Notes: generated by a model not told the origin, from the letters alone. Positions 37,172-51,910 are shown, counted from the whole stretch's first letter. The stretch is 61,743 bases of DNA, filler included, from Nemertoderma westbladi (GCA_032718475.1; 3 parts of 3 records of this genome joined end to end with filler, not necessarily neighbours in it), one strand, 5' to 3'. A program made the numbers and translations.

Positions 37172-38229
37172 GCGACCATCTGGATATACCCGGGAGACTG
37201 GATTCGGAAGCTTTGACCTTATTGCGGTGTAGGCCTACTGTATTATTTGACTGATCGTTAATATATAATTTCTGACAAATATTATTCACTTTCGGGAAAT
37301 ATTAACAGTTCCTTTAGGACGTGGCGCTCTAAATATGTAAACAGAGTTATGACTTATACTAGACACAACGGGATGGCTATGGATTCACGTATAAAGCGCA
37401 TTCTTTAGGAGATGCTTTGTTATCAGTCACAATCATGCACACTACCGCACAATGCTGCACACCGATCTGCCGACCTTCACTTAATTTTAGTCACATATAA
37501 AGAGAACAACAACCGACTCATGTAGTGCCTATGAAATAGCATTAGATTCACTCCAAAACCACTTTAATGTAAGTCGCAATTGTTATATGTAACCGGTCTC
37601 TCTAACCTTCAGTATATCAAGAAGATTGGGGTTTCTGATTATTGATCGATATTATCCAAATATAACAATATTCCATCAACTGATATAATTAATAACCGAC
37701 AGTAAATAGCAGTAAAAATGCGGTGTTTGTAGTTGACAATATGATTAGGTGAGATAACAGATATACGTTTCTATGACCAAAGCCTACTAATGTTTGGCTA
37801 AAGCCTGAAAACACAGAGGTTCCAAAGCCGGTCTTCTGGCTGTGGACAAAATACACATACTGACTCAATTCATGAGTTTCTGTATACAACCTCCAACACA
37901 GAGTCAAAAAACGCTCTGATTGGTCGACCGAACAAAGAGAGAACAAAGAACAAAGAAATGTTACACGTGGACATATCAGCTGTTAGATGTCGTCATGGTA
38001 ACTACACTGTGTCAAGAGGATTTTAGCGTATTGCGACATAAAATTGCTAGTTATGTCCGCTAAAGTACACATACAGAAGAAATGGCTTTTTATGTCCACT
38101 AAAACACCGGTACAGTAAGGAAACGGCTTTTTATGTCCGTTAAACCAACTACAGAGTACTTTGCGGGGAAAATAACCAGCTAATTCCGCAAAAGCTTTTA
38201 CACCGCTCCCAGAAAATGGGATTTAATTC

Positions 38230-39803
38230 TATAAAATATAAAAAATCACAGTTTCTAAAATATAGAAATACTCTAAACAGTTAGTTTTTCTTGCGCGGAC
38301 GGCGTTTACGCAGTTTTTTGAGGCTAGCAAGAGTCCTTTTCTCTTTGGGGCGAGCCACTTTACTAGGAGGGCTATAACCCTTGGGTAAAGGGTGCAATAC
38401 AATTGCATCGGAAGGTTTAGGGTTACTGTCGATGTCTCGTCCATTTCGATATGCTTCTCCTCGAGCTGATTTTCCTCAGCTTATCGTTGGATGCGTTCGT
38501 CCAAAACTCTTGCAGAGAATAGGATCGTCCAAGTTCGATATCTTCTTAGAGATTCTGGATTTGCTGATCGAACTGAGATAAAGCTAATTCGTTTACCGCT
38601 TGGACTTGCTGCTGCAATTTACGTTTCTCTAAACAATTATAGGTTCCTTTTCCGATCTTTTGACGAATAGTGTCTAACGCATTTCGTACAACTCTCTCCT
38701 CCGCCTCGGTGACAGGTTGCATCGGGTTAAACAGGGACGATGATACGGTTGAATGGCGATATTAGATGTCCGCGTCCCAATCCGGCTAGGTAAGATGGGC
38801 GAATATGTAGGGAGCCCACAACCGGAGTGCCACCGACTAACTGTTCGGGTAACATTAGATCTTTGAACAGTGAGTACAGTTCGGGAGGATCCGTGATACC
38901 ACCAGGATCAAGAGTCTGAGGTCTAACTAGGGAATGAGGAGGTCTGACCGAGTATTCCGGAACTCTGATCATAGGTTTATTTAAGGATTGTTTGAATCGA
39001 GCGATCGTAGGTGATACATCGAACAAGTTTCGCTCGAAACTCCCGTAAATATAGCGAGTAAAACCGTGTTTAAAGCAACGTCTCTACGGATGTTTATGTC
39101 TTTCCGTTTGTTGGTTGGGTCTTGGGCATTCATCGCAATAATACCAAAGACGCACGTCTTATAGGGGAAATGCGGGTGATATTTATTCGGTTTTACAATA
39201 TTCCTCCATCTGTTCGAAGCTATCTGGGATAACAGGTAGCGGTCGATCGGCGGTAAGATACATCATAGTGAAATAGAGTCGTTTGAGTTCTATCATAGGA
39301 TCATGATGTATACCTTGAGGATATCGAGTTTCTAGATTTTGTTGACTGGCAATATTGAGATATGTTTCTCTCAGGAATTCCAGATAATCGTTGAAGTCGC
39401 TGCGTTTATCCGGCTCTTCAATGTCTTCTCTTTCGAGTCTGTTTCGAATAGAATTCTCGTGTTCCATTCTCGGTTTATCGTTCCGCCTCCGCTGGGTAGG
39501 ATATTTAAATAAAACCATTTCCCTTTCGGTGTCTACATCGTCCGTATCGTGTAAATCGATAGGATGGCCGGTAGTTAAGAAGTCCATATATGTACCATTA
39601 CGATGCGTATAGCGAGCGGTGAATTTTCTATAGTCCAATTCACGCGTAAGTTGCTCCTGGGACATTGGCGGTTCGATATAACGACCATCGTCCTCCGTAG
39701 TAGTTGGACCAGCGTCGCCGCGTATCAAGCTATCAACAAACGCTTGTAAAGGTAGAGTATATCGCTCCCTGATACCAAGATCATCTTCTATCAACTCAGT
39801 CAT
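38230..39803 (-). pseudogene. ORF-X copy 2 (206-aa ORF 39183-39803 plus disrupted continuation), downstream of the BEL pol remnant
   Basis: FLRETYLNIASQQNLETRYP, ELKRLYFTMMYLTADRPLPVIPDSFEQMEEYCKT, LWYYCDECPRPNQQ...RCFKH and DLMLPEQL match copy 1. Confidence 0.72.
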
Positions 39804-40604
39804 ATCTGCTATATGAGTTTATCAATATTATAATGAGTTTATATTTTGGCTAGCGGGCGTCGCTGCCTACCCCTCTCGGCCCCCGGACAGCGCAAGATCC
39901 TCAGCGCTGGTGTACTTTCGCCGATGTGCCTATCGCCAACGTCGTAGCTGCACAACGACCACAACAACCAGCGCGAGTCACTCCACCGTCCGTCCCAAAG
40001 GCTTAGATTTACTTCAGGTTCTTACTGGAGAGTTAGGGCTACTTTCACAATTGCGACTCGCTACTGTAAACACACTTTAGTAGTAACATTCACCTATAAA
40101 CGCACAAATTCCACACAACTGTCACAAATTGCACACATTCGGGCCATTTGTCCGTTAGTCAGTGCCTTCCAGAATGCGACGTTATTATTGGGTATCCTGG
40201 TATCCTTATTGGCTATTCAATGGCGCAAGCCTTTATTGTTCTTTTAACTCACTTCTAATTCTAGCGTGGTTGTTGCCATGGTGACATTATGGAAAGCTAG
40301 CAGTAGAATTAGGGTAATTCTCATGCATACAGATCTGGGATGCTATTTAATAGTAATTCTTTAATTGTCAATATTCCTCTTTATACATGATTTTATGAAT
40401 TTTATCGGCTATTGACTATATATTGGAGATTCTCGCACACTAATACACTTAAATAGGGTGAATCTCCGCTCCCATGATCTATTAATTAATGAAATTTTGG
40501 GAATGTTATAAATTGTATAAAAATGACAATTTATCAAATTCATTAAAACATGAATTTAAATTTATTCCCGTAAATTTTATTATTTAATATTAAATAGACA
40601 CAAT

Positions 40605-40900
40605 TTTATTCCAGAACATGTCTGGGGACTGGGATCCTTGATTCTAGGAAATTTGTCCTTTTAAGAATATCGGTAAGTGCTACGATATCTTAATAGACTA
40701 GAATTTTAAAGGATCTAAAATTTGACAGATTTTGTAAATATTAATAATTAATATTTAGGATGGGCACCAGTTTATTCCAGAACTTGTCTGGGGACGTTAA
40801 CCACTGATTCTAGAATTTTGTCTTTCAAGTATATCGGTGGGTGCCGCGATATCTTAATCGACTAGAATTACAGATGGTCAAAGGGTTTAACAGATTTATT
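40605..40900. repeat. Degenerate direct repeat, period ~166 bp, 2 copies
   Basis: tttattccagaac(a/t)tgtctggggac...gatatcttaat(a/c)gactagaatt at 40605 and 40771. Confidence 0.8.
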
Positions 40901-41617
40901 TGCGTTGTACGCTACTGTTAAAGGGACATCACGCTACTATATGTATTATTTAATATACGGTATGAGAGCAATATCGCACGAAGCAATGTCAGTGAGAAGA
41001 GGGAAGTCGTTTCCAAGGTCTACCCAGAGCTTGGTTTAGCCAAGACACGAGGATCTGAATTTTGCATTCCTAATACTCTACTTTACCAATAATACTTGAA
41101 TATAGTAGGAGCTTTATTGTACTTTAATAAGTACGGATATTTCATCTTACTGTAGTCACGCATTTATAATGTAATACGGACAGTAAGGAAAGAGAAAAAT
41201 AATTATTTCTCGCCGTCGCACTAAATATATAATATATAAGTAATTAAGTAATAAACGCGAATATATATTGCACTAATCTACTAGATAATCGCTAAAATAA
41301 CATTCTACTAAATAAAATTAAAGAAAACGATTATAATAAAATTACATAATAATACATACATAAATATAAAATAATAAAAACAAATATAAAATAATATAGT
41401 CACACACCCACTCCAGACGCTGTTACGTTGGGGAGTCCCTAGATGTTTGTTGGATTAGGGAGGTGGTCGTGGGAAGAGTATCTTGCCTTCCATAGTTTCC
41501 GGACAGTTCTCGGCCTCTTTCCAGTAAACATAAACGACCAACTGGGCGATTGAGTTGTTGTGTTTCGAATACAATTCCAGGTTTCCTCTTCGTCCTGGAA
41601 TAGTGACGATAGAAACA

Positions 41618-42727
41618 TCACTTCAAATACATGACGGCCTTACAAAGCCGATTCCAGGATCTATAGTGGTCCATCGCTCCCGGCAGGAGAGGTGAGAGTC
41701 CCGGCGAGACGTCTGGTGTTCCAGATCTCCAGTCTCTCTCTCTGATCTCCACAACAGATCGGTTCGCAGTGGGGGAGTTTAGATCCACAGCGTCGTCCCT
41801 GGCAATGTGTAATACAGACAGATCTATCACGGGTTTAAATAACCTTAATTTACTCGTCCGGGTTTTAGGTTTGACTTTCTCCGCTCCCTTGGCTTGTCTA
41901 ATCTCAGCCGTGGTAAGATGGGGAGGCCATTCATCTTCTTTACTTAGGAAGTTGGGTCCACCTAACCAGTCTGGAGTATCTGTCAGTTCTTGAGGAGTTG
42001 CTCCTCTGGAAGCGATGTCGGTTAGATTAATCGTCTCGGGGCAATGTCTCCATTGATCTACATTGGAGTTAATATCGTCATTATCTGAGGAGTATGGTGT
42101 TCCCTCAGTTGGGTCGTCTACCTCACTGCTCTCCGCTTCCCATTCACTTACTTGGTATACCCGTTCTTTTGGTAACCTTTCTATGAGAGTTCTACGGGAA
42201 GGGCCAGTAAAGTACCAACCTACTCTAGTTCTTCCCGCATAGGCTTGTAGTGGTTGCAGTTGAGCAGGCCGTTTCTCCAATGTCTCAAGCGCCTCATGCG
42301 CATTTTGGCCGATGAGTATTTGCACTCCAGGGTAGTCTGTGTTGAATCTAGGTATATTAAGCTGCTGGGTGGAATCGTCCTCATCCCAGTTATAAGGTTC
42401 TACTTGGCTGGTAGCGAAGTTCTTTATCGCCACCATTTTTACTGACCTTATGCTGTGTTCTCCTAGTTCATCCTGGGGGGTGGACAACGCACCTACATAA
42501 TAATCCGTTATTACTGTAGATTTCCAAACCTGCATAATTCTTGACATGTTTAACTTAGTTCGGAACTTGGGTTGTCCAGCAAAGATGTCTTCGGCTAGTT
42601 CTTTGTCGATGAATGTTCCTGTGCTACCGGAGTCAAGGAGGGCGTTCACGATATAACTCCTTTCAGGTCCGTGGACTGCACTACTGGAAATTCTCGGATT
42701 CCTACATTGGAAGTTGGTGCTTTCCAA
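41618..42727 (-). pseudogene. BEL/Pao aspartic protease fused to a C-terminal RNase H remnant
   Basis: NALLDSGSTGTFI, ILIG and RTRVGW are followed directly by WRHCPETINLTDIASRG...WLGGPNFL and YRSWNRL. Confidence 0.85.
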
Positions 42728-45700
42728 GATGGTTGTCGGTCAGAAGTAGTTAGGGGGAGCTCGCTGTCGGTGTCCCTTTTATACGTAAGTGCTCGATACA
42801 CTGCGGTATTTATCTGGTAACAGGATTCGATTTCGTTGGAGAATTCGTCCGTATAGAATCCTTCCATCTCAGAACTTTGGTCAGTGTCGTTCACATCACT
42901 GAATTGGACATGTAGTTCGGACTCACTTACCTGACTCGGGCTGTTTCGTTCGAATTCAGTGCGCAACAAGATATGATGTTTTGCGCCGCACTTTGCACAC
43001 CTTGCGTCGGAGTAACAGGTTCGCCGTTGATGTCCTCGTCTGAGGCAATTATAACACAACCGCTTATCCCACATGACTTCACATCTATCCTTTAATGATT
43101 TCCTCATGAATTCATCACACGCACTTAAACGGTGGGGCCCGTCGCACAGCACACATTTTGGTTTGATGTTACTTACCTTACTCTGGGTAACGTGGTGCAC
43201 ACTTGTTCTTTCCTCGGGCCTTCTTACATGAATTCTCTTAGGAGACGTAGGAAGAGTTTTTCTTACCTGTTCTCTCCTGTCATTGGTTCGAGACTTGAAT
43301 TTACTTACGTCCTTAGGCGCTTTGTTGTCATAGTAAGATCTTTCAGTGTCTTTCCCGCTGTCTTCCTCTTGAGAAGCCTGGCTTTCGCCGTCGTCTGTAT
43401 AACACACTGGTATTACCCTTCTCCTAGAAACGGGTTTCTCACTTACCTTATTTTCCGGTGTCTTCTCTCTGGACTGCTTTAGGAGCTGTAATTTTACCTC
43501 TCCATCTAAGAATGACATGACATCAGCCATGGTAGGATCTCTTCGTTGTTGTTCCATCATATATAACACTTTCTTGTCCCAGCGTGTACCTACTCCACCC
43601 TTTGGTAAAGAAGAGGCCACGGCTCCAATAACCATAGAACTCTGATATTCATGAGACTTACCTAGCCAATCTAATTGTCTACAGATTTCCTGAATCTCAT
43701 CGGAAAACTCTATAATCCCGCTGCTAATGAACTTTTGGGGCGCTACCAATTTTGCATACAAATACCTAGCTATGTTATTCCTATTACCATACCTGATGTT
43801 TAGGGTATCCCAAACTTGTCTTAATCCATCTGGATGTCCAATAAACTTTAACGCCATTAACTTGGGAGATCCTTCCAAGCACTCGATGAGGAATCTAAGT
43901 TTCTCTCCGTTAGATAGCACAGAGTTCTGTATGTTATCTTTATAATATTCATTAAAAGGTAACCATTTCATCTCATCTCCATTGAACTTGACGATCTCTC
44001 CCACCTTTACCGCTTGACGGGCTTCGGTTCTAGCCATTTGACGTGTAAAACTTTCTTGGGCCATCGTGTTATTTAATATCGAGTTATCGGTATATAAATT
44101 TCTCGGATTATGATCAGGTCTATATGGAATATCATTGTCAACAGGTTTATAATTACCCTTAATAGGGTTCACTATAGGAGTTTCTACTTCACTAGCAGTA
44201 TAGATGCGTGTAGGCTCCACACCTTGCGCATGAAATACTTCAGACCTAACAGGTTGCCACATTGTTACCGGGGTTGGTGGTATACCCCTTTGGGTATTTA
44301 CTAATTTGTCGCGTTCTAATGCGATACTCTGCTGCACCTCTTGCAACTCTAACCTACTTTCCCTTACTGTGCCCTTGAACTGCTGAACAGTTCCTTCCAT
44401 CTCCCGGACCTGCTGAGAGGAGCACTTGCGGTGTTCCCTCAACTGCCCGAGCAGGAGACCCATCTCCCGTCGTCCCTCATCTACCCACTCGACCGCCGAA
44501 GCGGGAGGCGCCAACGTAGTAGCTGGCGGACGAGGGACAACGGGCGACAAATCATTAATATTTCGCTCGGAGTCCAGGACATGAACATTTTCTGGGGTGG
44601 TTCTGTTGGGCACAGGTAGCTTAGTGCTGTGCAGAGGGAATTTAGAGGTAGTTTCAGGGAGTACAGGTGTCTCTATCACCGAAGGGGTGGCTTCGAGAAC
44701 AGGCCTAATTATTTCAGGCTCATCTACTATAGTAGGGAGTCTTTCTATTTTAATTATTTGGTCTGTGGGTTCTGTACTACCTAAGTCTGTGTTAGTTAGT
44801 TGCCTTCTAACAGCTGGGGGCAAATCAGGCAATTTCTGATGGTGGGACATTCTTCTACGCCTACTTAGACGAGATCTATTTCCTCCACCTTCAGGATCGG
44901 TGGTATCGCCTTCATCAGATGATGTAAATCCCTGCCTTTTGGGAGTAGATCGATTCATCATCTGCATATTACTAGCTGTTAACTGTTTATTTATGCAGTC
45001 TTGATTCTCTTGAATATTTTCCAACTCTAGTTGGGCGATCTCTTCAGATGCTCTCCGTTCTGCTTCTGCCACTGCCTTTCTTTCTGTTTCTGCCGCTTTT
45101 CTATCTGCTTCTGCCGCTGCCACTGCCGCTTTTCTATCCGCTTCTGCCGCTGCCACTGCCGCTTTTCTTTCCACTTCGACTGCTTTTCTTTCCGCTTCGG
45201 CCTCTGCCGCTGCCGCTGCCGCTTTTCTTTCCTCTTCTGCCGCTGCCACTGCTGCTGCCACTGCCGCTGTCTTTCTGTCTTCTATACGTTTTTTCTTTAC
45301 TTGTTCTTCCTGGACTCTAGCGATGCGGAGGCATTCATCAAATTTAGCTTGGTTCGCAGCTATCATATCCGCATCGATTGCGTCCAACACAAGCTTGGCT
45401 CCTTCACTATTAGGGCTAAGTCCATCCAGCCTTCTCCTCAACTCTTCATCACCTACAAAGCGTTGATAGTCTGACAGATAGATGTCAATAGCATCCCTCT
45501 TATGCGGTTTCTCTGCTGTCGCTTCGCTTTCCACTTGGGAAAAGGTAGCGTCTGTTGATTCTCCATGGGTTGAGCGCTCAGCCAGCCGAGCTGTCCACTG
45601 GGCCGTTCCTTGAACCTGGAGACTCACCCGCTGGAACCAAGTCTTTACAGCAACTTGCAACGACGTGTCTTGTCTTCTTTTCGAAGCTTCCTCAAAGGCC

Positions 45701-46443
45701 GATAGGATTAGTCTGATTCTTAGAATTCTTTCTCGAACTTGATAAAGCAGCTCTCCCTGCTCTTGAGGTCCTTGGGGTTGTCGAAACAGTTGTTCCTCTA
45801 ATCTCTCCAAAGAGCTGAAGAATCCCTGTACGTATCCTGCTGCGGACCTCTTCCACACAGCTGGATCGATGGTTTCTTTTGTTACTCCCATCCTGTGTAT
45901 GTCTTCCCAGGCAGCTTCCGAAGAAGATAAGAGATAAGGTCCGGGGAAGTTCCATTGCGACTCGACAATAGACTTCAATTCTTCCCTTGTATATCCCGTA
46001 TAACTATCCTTGGTCGATCGCTTACTTCTCGCCCAATCAATCTGGTGTTCCTCCACCGCAATCAATACCCTAGTGAGTACGGCTGCAGGAAGGATGAGAA
46101 GGGGATCCGAATAAACCGCATCCGCCATCTTTGCTCCGCACTCGGGTGTCAGCTCTACAGTATCTGCACTACTGGAGCTGTCGGACTGCTGAGAAATAAG
46201 TTCTCGGCTCGAGTGTTACTGCTGTTCCGCTGCTTCTTGGTCTCGCTTGACTTGAGCTCGAGTGCCTATGATAGACCTACGGTGTTGGACTAGCCTAGGG
46301 TCTGATACTACTACTGGAGGGATGATCTTTCTTACAGTAGGAGGTGAGTTGAACTTCGGTCTCACACGTTCCACACTCCTGTCTGGGTCACAGATGGTCG
46401 TATCTAGGAGACTGTCTGACAGGTTTTGCTTTGTGTCAGACAT
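42646..46443 (-). pseudogene. BEL/Pao gag (ORF 42646-46128; in-frame upstream ATG at 46443 is cut off by a stop at 46216-46218)
   Basis: DUF1759-type FNGDEMKWLPF...EKLRFLIECLEG; triple knuckle CVLCDGPHRLSAC, CYNCLRRGHQRRTC, CAKCGAKHHILL; Ala/Glu/Lys coiled-coil repeats. Confidence 0.9.
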
Positions 46444-46584
46444 GTTTGTTTGTACAGTTGAATGCCTACTGCTATATTACAGTTAAAGCAAGTCTAGTAA
46501 TTCAGTGTCACCGTTAGCCTAGTAATTCTAGTAATTAATTACCGATACTGTTACTCAGTGTAACATGATATATATATATAATAT

Positions 46585-46965
46585 ATTAGAATACCGGTGT
46601 GCTTATAGTATATATATAAGTATTATTACAGACTAGATTTGTCACAGAATACCGGTATGTAATTTCAGCACAAATATATATAAATATATAATAGGCCTAT
46701 CGTGAATACCGGTATACAGCTTACACTTATAGTATATATAAGTATAATTATGGACTAGAATTAATTACAGAATACCGGTATATAATTTCAGCACAAATAT
46801 ATAGAAATATATAATAGGCCTATCGCAAATACCGGTATACAGCTTACACTTATAGTATATATAAGTATAATTATGGACTAGAATTAATTACAGAATACCG
46901 GTATAATTTCAGCCTAAATTTATAGAAATAAATATAATAAGCCTATTGTAAATACCGGTATATCA
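46585..46965. repeat. ~123-bp tandem repeat (x3) built of ~60-bp subunits with an AATACCGGT(AT) core
   Basis: aataccggt recurs seven times at ~58-65-bp spacing. Confidence 0.85.
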
Positions 46966-47912
46966 ATTATTTTAGAATAATTGAATTTCTGAATTTTAGG
47001 GGTTACTTGGTTACTTTCCTTTACTTTATTACCGTTATTTAAGCAGTAGTCCAACTGATATTAAGACCTAATTGTTGTATGACAGGCCTACTATTTTAAA
47101 AATCGGTTTGAGTTGATTTATAATATATATACCCCTATAATGGGTTTGGTCAATATTTAAAATAAATGTTATTATTTCTGGGAAGGAGTCACTGCACAGA
47201 AGCTGTACGCTCTCAGTGAAGTGCTACTTGTTGGACACTAAAACAAATAATTCTAATTTACCTAAGTTACTTAATACTACAAATTACGTACAATTCGGGG
47301 TGAGATTACAATCTCTAAATAAACACAAATATTACACGTACGAATTTTTAGGGTAATTTTACAAGAAGTCTACAAACCAGCCCAACAAGGGTTAGGATAT
47401 CTGGTTATTACAAACGGACAGGATACTACAGTATTTGAAAATAACAAGCAGTAGTAAATATATTGCGTTGTCCAGATAGGAAAAATACCACCGTCTGACG
47501 ACTTATAGCCGTATCGCTATAAGTACTACGTTATGTATCACGGAGTGTTCCTACCTAGAAGTTAATTACTGCGGTCTACCAGAACCAACGTGCCTATTAA
47601 CCACTTTACAACACAAATATACTGGCCACACACTAATTACCTTCAGAAAGCACTGTACACTAAACCCTAAATTAGGTACAAGTACTTATACAACCAATAA
47701 TCAGCAGTTAGAAATACTTGTACAGCTAAAAGAACCAAGGTATCTGCTGGAGTGACCGGGGCACAAAATCACCAGTCTTTACCTCCGCCAAGCAGCCCTG
47801 ATGTAGTACCGGGGTTAATTTAACTATAACGGTATGTATAACAAGCACAATTACTGTAGGAATAAACTTGGGGTTGTGAATGTTGCGAATAATCGCATAA
47901 ACTCTGAATAAT

Positions 47913-48317
47913 AAATATTACGCTACGCGTACAGACTACTCAAATAAAATACAGACCAAACGCTGGCAGACTACTATCAAGCCCAAACAAACTACAGTAT
48001 ATGCAGACTCCGAAATGGTTAGTTAGTATGCGTTCTAACCGAGTAGTACGACTTATTCTTTCAGGGGGATTTACCTCACAGCACTGGAAGCCCCTACGTT
48101 CCTAACTAGTACTTTATCGGACATACACTCTACACACACCGCAATCTCTTCAAACCTAACAACAGCCAGACAACAATCCAGCCTACAAATTATCTAAATA
48201 AGAAATATTACGCTACCCGTACAGACTACACATACAAAATACAGACCAAACGCTGGCAGACTACTATCAAGCCTAAACAAACTACAGTATATGCAGACTC
48301 CGAAATGGTTAGTTAGT
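47913..48317. repeat. ~115-bp direct repeat, 290 bp apart
   Basis: aaatattacgctac...gcagactccgaaatggttagttagt at 47913-48027 and 48203-48317. Confidence 0.9.
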
Positions 48318-48323
48318 GTTGGG

Positions 48324-48423
48324 NNNNNNNNNNNNNNNNNNNNNNNNNNNNNNNNNNNNNNNNNNNNTTAATTAATTAANNNNNNNNNNNNNNNNNNNNN
48401 NNNNNNNNNNNNNNNNNNNNNNN
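48324..48423. other. Artificial contig-joining spacer
   Basis: Same N44-TTAATTAATTAA-N44 design as at 21707. Confidence 0.97.
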
Positions 48424-48557
48424 GCATGGACTGGCTTCGGCTAATGTTTTTGGTTTGTTTTGTATTAAATCTTATCATCTTACAAAAGGCAGATTATCAA
48501 AAAAGACATATAAATTTCGGCAGGTTAAACTGCTGAAGGTCTATAAAAGCGCGTACA

Positions 48558-49599
<1,042 letters not shown>

Positions 49600-50519
49600 C
49601 TGCGCGAAGTCCCCACGAACGTGTTCTCATGTAAATTTATCGCATTTAAAAAATAAAAGTGGCGATATATTTGTATTTAAATTAATCGCCGGTCTTCCCT
49701 CTATAAGAAAAATGTTCAATTGAAAAAAATGATTGCATTTATATTCAACCAGAGGGCCCAACATAGAGTTAGGTAGGGGTCGGCTAGCTAGCTTGTTTTT
49801 GGCCTGTAGTTCTAGAATGCAAATTAGCTATACCGATCACCAACTGTGTTCTGACGTCTAACATGGTCCTCCATCCAAAAATAATAGTCTCGTTAATTTA
49901 CCGAAGGTATTGCGCTTAACGCCGCCAGAGCCAGTACTATATAGTACTCGTTTCTACTGTATAATACAATTCCAGAATTCCATAGAGTTGATTAGTAAAT
50001 GCGACACCCGTGTTTTATAAATGTTGGTTGTGTTACTAGCTATTTGCTAGAGTAGGCTACTCTACATATAAATGCTAGAAACATTGGATGCAATGTAATG
50101 TTATTATTGTACGATAATTAAGTAAAATATTTGTCAAAACACAAAGAGGAACACCTTAAAATCATGGAAATAAGTACAATGACAAATCTGAATCAAAGTC
50201 TACCAAATCTATAAAACACCATTTTTATTCGGTTTGTCAGTCAAAATAGTAAGTTAATATTGCCAACATTTTATTTTATAAATAGTAAATTGTGAATGAC
50301 AGTTATGAGGGTCAATATGTGACAATAACCAAAATTGTCCAATCAGATAGAAAGACTTGTGACAGCATGATTTTTCCATTCCAGAATATTAAATTAAATA
50401 AATAGTAAATAGTAGCCAAATTTCTCACTGGCGGTCATAATGGGAAATTATCGTAATAACCATCACCATGGAAACGGGATTGAAAAAAAAATTAATGTAA
50501 AATATTCTGATAGACTTTT

Positions 50520-51585
50520 TTTTTTATTATTATTATTATCCGGCTTGCGCCCCGGCGGCTATATTAGAGTCATAATTAGTAAAAGAGAACCACAATAAAC
50601 GGTTCACATTAAAATTGCATTTTAAATATTAAACTGAATTAAATGTGCAGTTAGCTGAAAAGGATTCACATTAAAATTGCATTAAAATATTACTTGAAAT
50701 GAATGTGCAGTTAACTAAATAAGTATGTCCAGCGAAAACAGAAGTTATAAGCCCACCAAGACCATCTTATTAGTCTCTTGCAAAACCTCCTTTCTCAGTG
50801 ACATAGGTATGTCTGGCCTGTTGAGGAGAGATAGATTAATCAGCGTGAGGAACATATCACGATCAGTGATTTGGTGCTGCAACTCTTTCTTCCGTTTTTG
50901 TATGCAGTGTTGAGGGGAGTAATTATGCACAGCTAGTGAATTCAGTGGTGGCAAGTCATGATACCAGCTGGACATCTGATAAAGAGTAAAAATTGAGTCT
51001 TTATTATCCTCGTCTGTCCAGTGGTCACACAGTAAAGACCCAAAGAAAGAAGATATCTTTTTATTGGAGGTGTTAAATGTATTATATAGTCCTCGAAAGT
51101 TAGTAAGTCGTAGGTGACTTTCCACATCAATCTCAAAAAGTTGAGCTAACACTGCATTTGGCATGTAGCTCTTTAAGTGTATAATATCCCTCATGGCAGA
51201 CCTACAGCTGCTTGCAACTTCAGTCAGTTCATTGTTGGATAAGGCTAGGGCCCCATATGATATAGAGGGTAGACATATCATACGCCAAACTAAGCTGGAG
51301 ATTTTAAGCGTTATTTGATCCACAGTTAGACCCCGATTTTTTAACATAGAAAGGTTAGACCAGACTTTGGTGTTGAGATGATCTTTGAGCCTATTCCGAT
51401 GTGAAGGTAGCGGGAGACCCATATAAAAACAACCATCAGCCGCATCTACTACTTTACCGCAGAAGGTTATGCTATCATTAGTAGAACACCTGCCATCTGT
51501 TTCTATGGATAGAAAGTGACATTTTGAGAAGTTCAATTTCATGTTGTGTTTCTCGAGGAAGCAGCTCGATAATTGCAGCTTATTA
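50520..51585 (-). mobile_element. 5'-truncated LINE (RT C-terminal region, ORF 50745-51542) inserted only in duplicate copy 1
   Basis: KLNFSKC, FYMGL and CLPSISYG motifs; A/(TAA)n tail. ACTTTT is duplicated at 50514 and 51586; the empty site is at 57624-57629. Confidence 0.85.
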
Positions 51586-51910
51586 ACTTTTATTCCCTTT
51601 ACTCACCTCCCAAATCACAAGAACATAATCCCTCGTCGTCTTGAATTACAGGCGCGCAAAGTTTGAATTTTGCACCCGGTTACCTTGGCAACTATGAGAT
51701 AAAAATTCCAGATACACTTTTTATTACATTTCTATAAACCCTAGTCATTATAGCCACCTAACAAAAGTAGCATACAAGAAGATCCTAAGGAAATATTCTG
51801 AAACAAGTGCCATAAATAGGGAAAGCATCGGCCCATGCTAATTTCAGAAATCCGCAAATACAGAAATGACCTGTTATTTAGTACACCTTGGTGTCCATCC
51901 ATCCATATTT

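Larger units (their letters stand above)
41439..48323 (-). mobile_element. Non-autonomous BEL/Pao LTR retrotransposon (gag and protease kept; RT, most of RNase H and integrase deleted) with long AT-rich leader; LTRs not identified
   Basis: Supported by the gag and protease features below. The leader carries tandem repeats and runs into the gap. Confidence 0.85.

Noticed and set aside
42646-42727. Programmed gag-pol frameshift
   Set aside because: BEL elements usually have one ORF, no slippery heptamer is seen, and a single-base indel at ~42680 restores FPVV..HGPERSYIVNALLDSG.
37028-48557. Inverted ~140-bp repeats as TIRs of one giant element enclosing the BEL copy
   Set aside because: The copies are diverged and lie on different contigs across an artificial spacer.
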